Positions 1 to 8,820 of a stretch of 32,000 nucleotides of DNA are shown here, piece by piece. The notes below the pieces were generated by a model, which saw only the letters and a list, made by a program, of their open reading frames with translations, did not search any database and was not told the origin of the DNA. How positions within the stretch are numbered: position 1 is the stretch's first letter; each line of letters starts with the position of its first letter. Source of the DNA: Candidatus Saccharimonadota bacterium (GTDB lineage Bacteria > Patescibacteriota > Gracilibacteria > UBA1369 > 2-02-FULL-48-14); contig CP064962.1 in assembly GCA_016699145.1 (NCBI GenBank), positions 330,001-362,000 on the forward strand, written 5' to 3'. Made by a program: the position numbers and the translations under genes.

Positions 1-1
1 A

Positions 2-1609
2 CAGCAAGTTCAAAACGTCGTTGAAAGTGATGTATAAAATAAAGACGAGTAAAAACACAAAGCCAGCCAAATTCACAAGATTGGCCCAACGAGCCAAGCC
101 CGAACGGCCCGTGACGGCCTTGAACAAAATGCCCGCAAAATGCCCTCCATCCAAAGCGGGGAAAGGCAGAATATTGATCACTCCCAAGCTCAAAGAAAGC
201 ATGGCCACAAAACGCAAAGTGGCCGCAAAACCATCTTGAATGGTGATGCCCGTCATTTGAGCAATGCCCACGGGGCCCGAAACCCCTTCCGGCACTCCTT
301 TTGCGGTAACAAATTGTTTTAAAACATCCACAAAAGTCACCGCTGTCACCTTACCCAAACGCCACATTTCCTGCAGCGCCACTCCAGGGGCAGAAAGCCC
401 CAATTGCACTTCCTGCATCCCCATCAAAGTGAAAGGGACATAACCTTCATAAACCGAGGTTTTTCCAATGCTGGGCGCAAGATCCGCAAGGCCCACGCCC
501 ATGCGGCCATCTTCGCGCAAAAGAATGGTCAGCGTCACCGTTTCACCTGTCGCTTGCTTCAAAACTTGCACACGGATAGATTCACCTGTTCCAGAACTTT
601 GCTTGTGAGCCGAAATCAAATCCAAAATTTGCTGCGCCTTAACCACCTGAAACTCGGCCACACCCACAACGCGATCCCCCACCTGAAGCCCAGCCTGTTC
701 CGCAGGAGAACCTTTTTCCACAAAACTAATGACCGGAGCCTCAGTAGGCAAAATTAAATCCAGATCAAAAGTCCCTAAATTCGGACGATAAACCTTCAAA
801 ACAAGAGGCGAAACCAAGGTGTCCAAAGCCGTATCAAAATCTTCCAGCGAAAGCAAAGGATGCACTTGCCCCTCAGGATCTTTCACAGAAATCAAAACAT
901 CTCCTTGTTGCAAGACACCATGAAAAAGCGCATCCACTTGATCTTGATAAACCACAGAAGGCAAAGCGAAAGCCTCCAATTCAATTTCATCCAAAAGCTG
1001 CGGATTCAAAACTTCCTGGCTTTGCGTGCCATCGGCATGCAGTACCGTAAGCTCGGGAGCAGTGCCTTCCTCCACTTCAAGCAAAGTGCTTTGCCATTCT
1101 TCAAAAGTTTCAAAGCCCAAAATTCGATCCCCCTCTTTAATTCGATCGGAAGTGGACTGCGAAACCACAAAGCCCGGTTCCACCTGCATGGTCCCATTGC
1201 GAAGACTGGAAAAAAAATCATCCGAAGTGGCAATCAGCGGCTCAATACCGACCCAAAAACCAATGGTGAGCAAAACAAAAGAGAGCATCAAATTCATCAG
1301 CACTCCAGCGCACACAATAAAAGCCTGCACCCTCAAGTGCTGATTGCGAAAACTGCGCTTACTGGTCTCCGCTTCTTTGCCGGCATCCCCTTCCCCGAGC
1401 ATGCGCACAAAACCTCCAAAGGGAATCCAGTTGATGGAATACAGTGTTTCGCCTTTTTTAAAGCCCCAAATGCGCGGGGGCAAACCCATGCCGAATTCCT
1501 CCACCTTTACGCCCGCTTTTTTTGCGGCAAAAAAATGCCCCGCCTCATGAATCAAAATGAGCAAGGAAAAAATAAGAAGGAAAGCAAGGACAGTAAAGAA
1601 GATGGACAT
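2..1609 (-). CDS. rseP: RIP (site-2) zinc metalloprotease RseP, M50 family; the C-terminal end runs off the left edge of the window
   Basis: Absent from the supplied ORF track because there is no stop inside the window. My own minus-strand translation from the ATG (cat at 1607-1609) gives MSIFFTVLAFLLIFSLLILIHEAGHFFAAKKAGVKVEEFGMGLPPRIWGFKKGETLYSINWIPFGGFVRMLGE (HExxH zinc site). The middle is PDZ-like (VEKGSPAEQAGLQVGDRVVGV, around 660-730). The second M50 motif LSLGVINILPFPALDGGH lies around 140-200. The frame stays open to position 2. The + strand ORFs at 404-757, 860-1666, 1026-1343 and 1344-1550 are antisense shadows. Confidence 0.9.
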   Translation of the reverse strand, partial: MSIFFTVLAFLLIFSLLILIHEAGHFFAAKKAGVKVEEFGMGLPPRIWGFKKGETLYSINWIPFGGFVRMLGEGDAGKEAETSKRSFRNQHLRVQAFIVCAGVLMNLMLSFVLLTIGFWVGIEPLIATSDDFFSSLRNGTMQVEPGFVVSQSTSDRIKEGDRILGFETFEEWQSTLLEVEEGTAPELTVLHADGTQSQEVLNPQLLDEIELEAFALPSVVYQDQVDALFHGVLQQGDVLISVKDPEGQVHPLLSLEDFDTALDTLVSPLVLKVYRPNLGTFDLDLILPTEAPVISFVEKGSPAEQAGLQVGDRVVGVAEFQVVKAQQILDLISAHKQSSGTGESIRVQVLKQATGETVTLTILLREDGRMGVGLADLAPSIGKTSVYEGYVPFTLMGMQEVQLGLSAPGVALQEMWRLGKVTAVTFVDVLKQFVTAKGVPEGVSGPVGIAQMTGITIQDGFAATLRFVAMLSLSLGVINILPFPALDGGHFAGILFKAVTGRSGLARWANLVNLAGFVFLLVFILYITFNDVLNLL

Positions 1610-1623
1610 GGAGAAGGGTTAAA

Positions 1624-2181
1624 TCAAACGGTCATGATGGTCGTTTCTTTTTTCTTGGCCTCTTGATCGATTTGAGCATTGATGGCGTTCACTTCTTCTT
1701 GCAAATCTTTTTCAGCCTTGGTTCGTTCATCTTCTGTAAGTTGAGCTTCATGCTCCATACGCTTGAGTTGAGTCATTACCTCGTGACGGAGGTTTCGCAC
1801 CGAAATGCGAGCTTCTTCCGCCATGCGGCCCACCACTTTCACAAGGTCTCGGCGACGTTCTTCCGTGAGCGAAGGAATGGTCAAAATCACTGCCAGACCA
1901 TTGTTAGTAGGGTTCAAATTCAATTCCGATTCACGAATGGCTTTTTCCAAACCCGCAAGCATGGATTTATCCCAAGGTTGAATCTGAACGGTGCGCCCAT
2001 CTGGAACCATCACGCTGGCAATCGCCTTCACCGGCTGCATCATGCCATATGCCTCCACCATCAAATTTTCAACCAGCGAAGAAGAGGCACGACCGATCTG
2101 GAGTCCACTGTATTCTTCCAAAAGATGTTCGAGAGTTTTTTTAAAATCTTGTTGAGCTTTGTTCACGAGGGCATGAGCCAT
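1624..2181 (-). CDS. frr: ribosome recycling factor
   Basis: 185 aa, the typical Frr length. The sequence is Frr-like throughout (..LQIGRASSSLVENLMVEAYG.., ..LNLNPTNNGLAVILTIPSLTEERRRDLVK..). Stop is TGA. It lies directly downstream of pyrH, the conserved order. Confidence 0.95.
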   Translation of the reverse strand: MAHALVNKAQQDFKKTLEHLLEEYSGLQIGRASSSLVENLMVEAYGMMQPVKAIASVMVPDGRTVQIQPWDKSMLAGLEKAIRESELNLNPTNNGLAVILTIPSLTEERRRDLVKVVGRMAEEARISVRNLRHEVMTQLKRMEHEAQLTEDERTKAEKDLQEEVNAINAQIDQEAKKKETTIMTV

Positions 2182-2202
2182 AATTGAAATTTTTTAAGTT
2201 TT

Positions 2203-2907
2203 TTAAGAGATGAGGGTCCCGACAGATTTGCCGAGCGCCGCTTTGAGCAAATTGCCTTTGCTGCGCCCATTGAAAACCCGCACGGGGAGCCCATTGTCTT
2301 TGCAAAGCAGAACGGCCGTCAAGTCCATCACGCCGAGTTCACGGTCCAGCACTTCCTGATGAGTGAGTTTGGAAAAGAGCTTGGCTTTTTTATTCTTCAT
2401 GGGATCGCTGTCGTAAACTCCCTCCACTTTGGTGTCTTTTAAAAGTTCATCACATTCCAATTCCAACGCCCGTAAGGCCGCCGCGGTATCGGTAGTAAAA
2501 TAAGGATTGCCCGTTCCACCTGCACATAAAACCACTTCGCCACGATCCAAACAGTTTCGTCCAAACTCCGGTACATAAGGTTCGGCAAAATAAAAGTTGC
2601 CATGCGCTGCAAGCACGCGCGTCTTCACTTTGAGGGTTTTCAAAGCCTCCGCAAGCAAACGTGCATTCATGAAGGTCGCCATCATGCCCACGGCGTCAGA
2701 GGTGGTGCGAGCAATGGCCAAAGACTTGTTGTCTCGATAGCGCCAAAAATTGCCGCCGCCCACCACCACGGCCACTTGTATGTTCTTTTTCACCACACTT
2801 TGAATGCCCAAAGCAGCCGCCATAAGAGCGGCCCCGTCGGCCCCGATTCCATCGGGGCCTCCTAAAACCTCTCCCGACAATTTCAATAAAATGCGCCGTT
2901 TTTTCAT
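2203..2907 (-). CDS. pyrH: UMP kinase
   Basis: Contains KRRILLKLSGEVLGG, VVVGGGNFWRY and a GTGNPYFTTDTAAALRA-type motif. The track start at 2913 is a TTG. The ATG at 2907 (MKKRRILLKLSGE) is the more likely start. Confidence 0.93.
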   Translation of the reverse strand: MKKRRILLKLSGEVLGGPDGIGADGAALMAAALGIQSVVKKNIQVAVVVGGGNFWRYRDNKSLAIARTTSDAVGMMATFMNARLLAEALKTLKVKTRVLAAHGNFYFAEPYVPEFGRNCLDRGEVVLCAGGTGNPYFTTDTAAALRALELECDELLKDTKVEGVYDSDPMKNKKAKLFSKLTHQEVLDRELGVMDLTAVLLCKDNGLPVRVFNGRSKGNLLKAALGKSVGTLIS

Positions 2908-2909
2908 GA

Positions 2910-3227
2910 TCAAGTGAAAAGAAAATAACCGATTAAAATTCCGAGCACCGCTCCCGAAAGAGCCAGCAGCGTTCCTTTTTGTTGAGGAACCGTGCGCCGT
3001 GCATTGGCCAAATCTGTGAGCAGGTTGGTACTGATCACCACTTCTTCATCTTTATTGCGCTCCACCACTTCTTCAAAACTGTGCTGAGCCACCAAAAGCA
3101 CAAAGCGATCAAAAGAAACACTCACCCTTTTGGAGGGCAAATTCTCTGCTTCTTTCTCGGGACTCAACTCCTTTCGCTCAAACGCAATTCCTTCTTCATC
3201 TTCGTCAGGCAGATAAATATCGTCCAT
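2910..3227 (-). CDS. hypothetical small tail-anchored membrane protein (acidic N-terminus, single C-terminal TM LLALSGAVLGILIGYFLF)
   Basis: 105-aa ORF with an ATG start. Its stop lies 2 nt before the pyrH ATG, on the same strand as its neighbours. I recognise no family. Confidence 0.5.
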   Translation of the reverse strand: MDDIYLPDEDEEGIAFERKELSPEKEAENLPSKRVSVSFDRFVLLVAQHSFEEVVERNKDEEVVISTNLLTDLANARRTVPQQKGTLLALSGAVLGILIGYFLFT

Positions 3228-3267
3228 GGATACAAGGCGTGAAAAAACGCTAGTATCTTACTGAACT

Positions 3268-4086
3268 TCACATCAGGTGTCCAATTTGTTCGGCAACGGT
3301 CAAAACAAGACGTGCATCTTGCTCCATACAATCGGCACAAACAGGAATCACCAAGGCTCCGATCAACTTGCCATCCACCGCATGCACAGCGGTGTAAAGA
3401 TGCGAGGCATCTGCATAAGATTCCGGAGCACCCACCGTGGAAAGCAAAGGGAAAACTCGAGGAGTGGCGGCTTGGATCAAAGCGACTTCTTCTGCCGAAA
3501 GTCCCTCGGAAGCGGCCTTCCACATTCCATCCACCCCTGCTAAAACAGCCTTGCCGTGATGAATGACAGACTGGAGTTGCATCACAATGCTGCGCAAAGC
3601 CAAATCGGCACTGCCACTGGATTCTCGCACCAGTTTGGCCACTTGTTGCAAAACCACCAAACGTTCATTGGTGTCTTGAAAACGCGCATTCAAAACTTTT
3701 AAAATTCCCAAAATAATGCCCACCGCCGCATGAGGATCACTGGCGACCAAAGATTCAAAATTTTTCTGAGAAAGTTTGAGTAAAACACTGTCGCTTTGAG
3801 CCGTAACGGTAGCCGCACGCGTTTTGTCCGAAAGCAAAGCTCCTTCTCCAAAAAAATCGCCGGTCCCCAAGGTAGCAATGCGCTTTTGAGCGCCTGCTTG
3901 ATCTTTCAATGATTTATCCACAAACAAGTTGCCCGAAAAAACATAATAAAAATCTTGACTGTCTTCGCCTTCCTTAAAAATCACAGTGCCAGCAGGGGCA
4001 CTCACTTTGCTCCAAAACCCTTCCCCTCCAAAACTTTGAAAGATGACGGGATCGGTGAGATTGATGAAGAGATGCTTCACATTCAT
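3268..4086 (-). CDS. cyclic-nucleotide-binding domain protein with a C-terminal GAF-like domain
   Basis: The N-terminal half has the cNMP-binding beta-barrel signature (VIFKEGEDSQDFYYVFSGNLFV ... LGTGDFFGEGALLSDKTRAATVTA). The C-terminal half (about 130 aa) ends in a GAF-like pattern (..LIGALVIPV...QDARLVLTVAEQIGHLM). Its ATG overlaps the pilT stop (ATGA at 4083-4086). Confidence 0.75.
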   Translation of the reverse strand: MNVKHLFINLTDPVIFQSFGGEGFWSKVSAPAGTVIFKEGEDSQDFYYVFSGNLFVDKSLKDQAGAQKRIATLGTGDFFGEGALLSDKTRAATVTAQSDSVLLKLSQKNFESLVASDPHAAVGIILGILKVLNARFQDTNERLVVLQQVAKLVRESSGSADLALRSIVMQLQSVIHHGKAVLAGVDGMWKAASEGLSAEEVALIQAATPRVFPLLSTVGAPESYADASHLYTAVHAVDGKLIGALVIPVCADCMEQDARLVLTVAEQIGHLM

Positions 4087-5144
4087 TGGCGCACGAGGTT
4101 AGCGATCAGTTCAGGATCATGTGCGCGAAGCAACATGTCTTGTTCAGTAATAAGGCCTTGCTTGTACAGTTCGGCGAGCGAAGAATCCAGCGTGATCATT
4201 CCATCCGCTTTTCCAATTTGCATCATGGAATAAATTTGATGCGTTTGACCTTCTTTAATGCAGTTGGTGATGGCATCGTTGCGCACCAAGAGTTCAAAGG
4301 CCATGATGCGGCCTGTGCCATCGGCGCGAGGAATCAGGCGCTGCGCCATAATACCAATCAAGGTGGTGGACAGTTGCGTGCGCACCTGACTTTGTTGGTG
4401 AGGAGGAAAAATATCGATGATACGGTCAATGGACTGAGCCGCATCCTGAGTGTGCAAAGTCGCAAGCACCAAATGACCGGTTTCTGCCAAAGTAATGGCC
4501 GCCGAAATCGTTTCAAGGTCACGCATTTCCCCAACCAAAATCACATTGGGATCTTCGCGTAGCGCTGCACGAATGGCATTGGGAAAGGAATTGGTATGCG
4601 TGCCCACTTCTCGCTGAGTCATCAGCGCCATCTTGGGGGAATGCACAAACTCAATCGGGTCTTCAATAGTGATGATGTGCACTCGACGGTTTTGATTGAT
4701 TTCATTCACCATGGCCGCAAGCGTAGTGGATTTACCCGAACCCGTAGGTCCTGTCACAATGAAAAGTCCTTTTGATTTTTGAGTGAAGCCTTTAAGAAGA
4801 GGAGGCAAACCCAATCCTTCCACAGTAGGAATTTCACTGGGAATGGCACGAAACGCCACCGCAGGCCCATCCGTATCCCAAAACACATTCACACGAAACC
4901 TCCCCGAACCCATGAGCGCATAAGAAGTATCGATTTCTTCGCGTTGTTCAAAAAGCACTTGCTTATCGGCAGAAAGAATCTGATCAATCACTTCTTTCAT
5001 ATTTTGAGCCGTCATCACTTCTGCATTTTGCATTTCATACAAGTCCCCATTGGGCAAACGCACCAGCGGCACGCGCCCGACTTTAAGATGCAGATCAGGG
5101 CAATTGTTTTGTACGACTTCTTTGAGATAAGTATTGATATCCAT
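4083..5144 (-). CDS. pilT: type IV pilus retraction ATPase PilT
   Basis: Walker A GPTGSGKSTT, Walker B/Asp box NVILVGEMRDLETI, His box GHLVLATLHT, and a PilT-type AIxNxIxEGxTHQI helix (NDAITNCIKEGQTHQIYS). Length 353 aa. Confidence 0.92.
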   Translation of the reverse strand: MDINTYLKEVVQNNCPDLHLKVGRVPLVRLPNGDLYEMQNAEVMTAQNMKEVIDQILSADKQVLFEQREEIDTSYALMGSGRFRVNVFWDTDGPAVAFRAIPSEIPTVEGLGLPPLLKGFTQKSKGLFIVTGPTGSGKSTTLAAMVNEINQNRRVHIITIEDPIEFVHSPKMALMTQREVGTHTNSFPNAIRAALREDPNVILVGEMRDLETISAAITLAETGHLVLATLHTQDAAQSIDRIIDIFPPHQQSQVRTQLSTTLIGIMAQRLIPRADGTGRIMAFELLVRNDAITNCIKEGQTHQIYSMMQIGKADGMITLDSSLAELYKQGLITEQDMLLRAHDPELIANLVRQ

Positions 5145-5152
5145 AAAAGGGT

Positions 5153-6028
5153 TTATTGAGGTTCATCGAAGCTTTCTTCAAATTCATTAATCGGTCGGGG
5201 AGCATGAAGGGAAGCTAAAAATGTAGAATCAGGGTTATTGAGGTGCGCCAATGCACACGCTTCATTGGGGTTCATGCCATTGTAAACATGAATGGCAGCC
5301 ACCAATTCAGAGGAAAGTCCCACCAAAGGAATTTCTTCTTCCCAAGCGGCTGCATACAAAGCAATGAGTTCCCAGTTCAATTTTTCATTCAAATCTTCAG
5401 CGGAAGGGGACAAAACAATGTGGCAATCTTTGGGTCCAGGAGGGGGGACGGTAGCGAGCTCTCCTGGCAAAAGCACTTTCACTTCTTTGCCTGCCTTAGC
5501 CGCAGATTTCTTCAAAATATTCATCGCAAAAAGAGACAAATCTCTGTCTAAAACCAAACGGGCTTTCGTAGGCAAAGGGAAAGCGGGAGCTTTTCTTTCA
5601 AAAAAATCCACATCCATATTCAACCCGTCGGCAGGAGCTAAAAGATGATGGGATTCATTAAGCTCCTTAAAAATGCCGCTCTCTCTGAGTTCAGAAACAT
5701 CAGCAAACGAAAAAGATTCTCCCTTTTCAAACTTTTCAAAGGGCCACATCCCAAAAAAATCATCGAGCAACAAAGCAGCACGTGCCTGAACATTCAAAGA
5801 TTCCGCAAGTTTCAGCTCATCAATCTTGGCCTTATCAATAATATTTTCCGTTCCAATCTCATGAAAATGCGCATAGGTAGCCTTCAATAAATCTTCATCC
5901 GATTCCAAAGCTGCTTTCACTCGTCCATCCAAATCAAGACCCAGCAAGTCGTTTAAAACCAAATAGGCCAAGCCTGTGATCTCCTTCGCATTGTCTGTGA
6001 ATGCTTTTTGAACGTCGAAGTTCGTCAT
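5153..6028 (-). CDS. hypothetical acidic cytoplasmic protein (291 aa)
   Basis: Long ORF with an ATG start, 8 nt upstream of pilT. It overlaps the preceding 95-aa ORF by ATGA. I recognise no TM segment, signal peptide or motif. Confidence 0.6.
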   Translation of the reverse strand: MTNFDVQKAFTDNAKEITGLAYLVLNDLLGLDLDGRVKAALESDEDLLKATYAHFHEIGTENIIDKAKIDELKLAESLNVQARAALLLDDFFGMWPFEKFEKGESFSFADVSELRESGIFKELNESHHLLAPADGLNMDVDFFERKAPAFPLPTKARLVLDRDLSLFAMNILKKSAAKAGKEVKVLLPGELATVPPPGPKDCHIVLSPSAEDLNEKLNWELIALYAAAWEEEIPLVGLSSELVAAIHVYNGMNPNEACALAHLNNPDSTFLASLHAPRPINEFEESFDEPQ

Positions 6029-6312
6029 GCTTGGGATTTTTTAGAATTCACTTTTTGCAGAAGATTCATTTTTACAGATTCAAATTGTTGCTTCATTCGT
6101 GTATTTGCCACTTCATGACGGCGTGCGGCCTTCTTCTCCACATCCATCTCCATGTCTTCAATTTCACGCAAAATCAGTTCACAAGTGTGCAACTCTTCTT
6201 CAGGCCAACGTTTAAACACGGCTTCCCATTCCTCAATACCGCCTTTACGACCAAAATAATGGGCTAAAACCTCATTTTTTGACGCGCGGAGGGCGAGAGC
6301 GTGAAAATCCAT
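6025..6312 (-). CDS. hypothetical small protein (95 aa, helical/charged)
   Basis: ATG start. Its stop overlaps the start of the 291-aa ORF (tcat at 6025-6028). It is the first gene after the groEL terminator. No family recognised. Confidence 0.5.
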   Translation of the reverse strand: MDFHALALRASKNEVLAHYFGRKGGIEEWEAVFKRWPEEELHTCELILREIEDMEMDVEKKAARRHEVANTRMKQQFESVKMNLLQKVNSKKSQA

Positions 6313-6346
6313 GGCGTTTTTTTGAATTTAAATCTCATCATTATAA

Positions 6347-6379
6347 CAAAAAAGCCCCCTTTTTACAAGGAGGCTTTTA
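6347..6379 (-). terminator. putative intrinsic terminator downstream of groEL
   Basis: The minus strand reads aaaagcctcc-ttgtaaaaa-gggggcttttttgtt. This is a GC-containing stem with one mismatch followed by a T-run, about 35 nt after the groEL stop. Confidence 0.5.
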
Positions 6380-6412
6380 GATTAGAGGCCAGCTCAAAAA
6401 ACGACCGGCATT

Positions 6413-8041
6413 TTACATCATCCCGCTCATGTCGGGCATTCCGCCTGCAACCGGCTTTTCTTCGGGAATTTCCGTCACCACTGCACCCGTCGTAAGAATG
6501 GTTCCTGCAACAGAAACCGCATTTTCAAGAGCTGAGCGCGTCACCATGGTGGGGTCCACAATACCCGCTTCCACCATATCGAGGTAGCGATCGTTCAACG
6601 CGTCGTAACCATAAGTTTCGCTGCTTCCACGACGGATTTCCGTCACCACCACTTCCCCATTTTTACCTGCATTTTCTGCAATTTGACGGGTGGGCATCGA
6701 AAGCACGCTGGCAACCAGACGGGCCCCGATGTTCTCATCTTCATTCGCTCCTTCAAAACCTTCCAAAACCTTCGCCGCATGTAAAAGGGCACTTCCTCCT
6801 CCGGCCACAATGCCTTCTTTCACAGCCGCTTTGGTCGCATTCAAAGCATCCTCAATGCGCATTTTCTTTTCTTTGAGTTCCACCTCACTGGCAGCCCCCA
6901 CTTCAATCACTCCCACTCCTCCCGAAAGTTTCGCAATGCGTTCCATCATTTTTTCACGATCGAAGTCGGACTTGCTGTGTTCCATGGTGGCTTTGATCTC
7001 CGCCACACGAGCCTCAATGGCCTTGGCATCGCCCTTCCCATCCACCAGCATGGTGTGGTCCTTGGTCGCGAGCACTTTTCCGGCGCGGCCCAATTGTTCG
7101 AGCGTGGCATTTTCCAATTTGAGTCCCAGTTCATCCGAAATCACGGTGCCTCCGGTGAGCACGGCAATGTCCTTGAGCATTTCCTTGCGACGATCCCCAA
7201 ACGAAGGCGCCTTCACCGCAAGAATGCTGAAGCCTCCGCGAATCTTATTGACGAGCAAGTTGGTGAGCGCATCTCCATCCACATCTTCGGCAAGCACCAC
7301 CAGCTCTTTTTTACCCGATTGAACCAGCGCCTCCAGCAAAGGCAAAAGCTCCTTGAAGCTAGAGATCTTCTTGTCGGTAAGAAGAATGTGCACATCGTCA
7401 TACGACGCTTCCATGCGAGCCGGATCAGTCACCATGTAGGCAGAAATATAACCATTGTCGAATTGCATTCCCTCCACGACTTTATAAGAAAGGCCCATCC
7501 CATGTTTGGTTTCTTCCACGGTGATGGCTCCATCGTGACCCACTTTTTCCATGAGTTCTGCGAGCACTTCCCCAACCTGTTCATCTTGAGCCGAAATGGT
7601 TGCGACTTGAGCGATTTCTTTCTTGGTTTTCACAGGCTTCGCCAAGGTATAAAGTTTTTCAACCACTTTCGCAAGTGCCTTGTCCATTCCTTTTTTCAAA
7701 AGCACAGGGTTGGCGCCAGCCACCACATTGCGAATTCCCTCTTCCACAAGCGCAGCCGCCAAAACGGTTGCCGTCGTGGTTCCATCCCCAGCCACGTCGT
7801 TCGTGCGTGTGGCCACTTCTTTTACAAGTTGAGCTCCCACGTTTTCTTCGGGATCTTTAAGGTCAATCTCCTTCGCGATGGTCACTCCATCGTTGGTGAT
7901 GAGCGGCCCTCCAAATTTTTTCTCAAGGAGCACATTGCGCCCTTTGGGCCCCATGGTGATGCGCACCGCAGCCGCAAGTTGATTCACACCCGAGAGCACT
8001 TTTTGACGAGCCTTGTCGTCGAAGATGATTTGTTTTGCCAT
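6413..8041 (-). CDS. groEL: chaperonin GroEL (Cpn60)
   Basis: 542 aa. Begins [20 protein letters not shown], contains [10 protein letters not shown] and [12 protein letters not shown], and has the C-terminal G/M tail [10 protein letters not shown]. Confidence 0.97.
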   Translation of the reverse strand: MAKQIIFDDKARQKVLSGVNQLAAAVRITMGPKGRNVLLEKKFGGPLITNDGVTIAKEIDLKDPEENVGAQLVKEVATRTNDVAGDGTTTATVLAAALVEEGIRNVVAGANPVLLKKGMDKALAKVVEKLYTLAKPVKTKKEIAQVATISAQDEQVGEVLAELMEKVGHDGAITVEETKHGMGLSYKVVEGMQFDNGYISAYMVTDPARMEASYDDVHILLTDKKISSFKELLPLLEALVQSGKKELVVLAEDVDGDALTNLLVNKIRGGFSILAVKAPSFGDRRKEMLKDIAVLTGGTVISDELGLKLENATLEQLGRAGKVLATKDHTMLVDGKGDAKAIEARVAEIKATMEHSKSDFDREKMMERIAKLSGGVGVIEVGAASEVELKEKKMRIEDALNATKAAVKEGIVAGGGSALLHAAKVLEGFEGANEDENIGARLVASVLSMPTRQIAENAGKNGEVVVTEIRRGSSETYGYDALNDRYLDMVEAGIVDPTMVTRSALENAVSVAGTILTTGAVVTEIPEEKPVAGGMPDMSGMM

Positions 8042-8102
8042 GGTTTAAAGTTGGTTAGTGAGAAAAATAATTGAACTAATTATTTATTCATGAACAATTA
8101 AA

Positions 8103-8291
8103 TTATTCGATAATTGCAAGGATGTCCTCTTCTTCCAAAAGGAGCATTTCCTGCCCATCCATTTCCACTTCCGTAGGTCCATACTTTTTAAAGAGTATTA
8201 AAAAATCAAAAAGCTTCTTTTCATTTTTTGTTGTACTTCCCTTCCTTCCTGCATCTCTCTTGCATAAATCCTGTATCCTAAACCCATGAAT
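8103..8291 (-). pseudogene. groES: groES (Cpn10) remnant: 3' part only, with no start codon
   Basis: Not in the ORF track. The minus-strand frame translates to ..DAGRKGSTTKNEKKLFDFLILFKKYGPTEVEMDGQEMLLLEEEDILAIIE*. The last 31 aa or so align residue-for-residue with the Cpn10 C-terminus (compare B. subtilis [31 protein letters not shown]). The stop lies 61 nt upstream of the groEL ATG, the normal spacing. The frame is closed by TGA at 8292-8294. There is no ATG/GTG/TTG before the GTG inside PTEVEM. The expected N-terminal 45 codons or so would fall inside the opposite-strand sigma gene that starts at 8286. Confidence 0.7.
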
Positions 8292-8819
8292 TCAGCTCTC
8301 ATCGAAAAAGCAAAAGTAAATCCTGACGCCTTTGGCAATCTCTACGAGGCGTTCTACGATCCACTCTATCGTTTCGTATACATAAGAGTTAAAAATCAAG
8401 ACCTCTGTGAAGACCTACTCAGCCAAGTCTGGGAAAAAGTCCTCACTCATCTTAAAACCTTGAAAAGCAACGCACCCGAAGTATTCAGAGCATGGATTTT
8501 CCGAATCACCCTCAACACCATCCATGAGCACTTTCGCCAGCACGGTAAAACTCTACTCCCTTTCCCAGAAGATTGGGATCCGCCAGGAAACGAAGATCCC
8601 ATAGAAGAGCTTCATGGAAAAACCCTAGAAGAAAGCATCACTCTAGTGCTCCACAGTTTGCCTCCAATAGAACGTGAGATTTGTAGCCTTAAAATTTTCG
8701 GGGAACTCAAGAACAACGAGATCGCAAAATGCGTCAATCGATCTGAAAATCTAGTGGCAGCTTATCTTTCACGGAGTCTAAAACAAGTCCGCACACGCTT
8801 ATCCTCTCACCTCTATTAA
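8286..8819 (+). CDS. ECF-type RNA polymerase sigma factor (sigma-70 family, group 4)
   Basis: 177 aa. Region 2 is present (DAFGNLYEAFYDPLYRFVYIRV ... FRAWIFRITLNTIHEHFRQ), as is the region 4 HTH (LPPIEREICSLKIFGELKNNEIAKCVNRSENLVAAYLSRSLKQVR). Confidence 0.88.
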   Translation: MNSALIEKAKVNPDAFGNLYEAFYDPLYRFVYIRVKNQDLCEDLLSQVWEKVLTHLKTLKSNAPEVFRAWIFRITLNTIHEHFRQHGKTLLPFPEDWDPPGNEDPIEELHGKTLEESITLVLHSLPPIEREICSLKIFGELKNNEIAKCVNRSENLVAAYLSRSLKQVRTRLSSHLY

Positions 8820-8820
8820 T

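Noticed and set aside
404-1666. Several + strand ORFs (404-757, 860-1666, 1026-1343, 1344-1550)
   Set aside because: The minus strand encodes a continuous, motif-bearing RseP across the whole region. The + ORFs have no recognisable features.
6977-8074. 365-aa + strand ORF (plus 6690-7322 and others) overlapping groEL
   Set aside because: These are antisense shadows of groEL, with His/Phe/Arg-rich nonsense translations.
8042-8290. Looked for a CIRCE (TTAGCACTC-N9-GAGTGCTAA) heat-shock operator upstream of groEL and the groES remnant
   Set aside because: No match or near-match is visible in this interval, so no operator is claimed.
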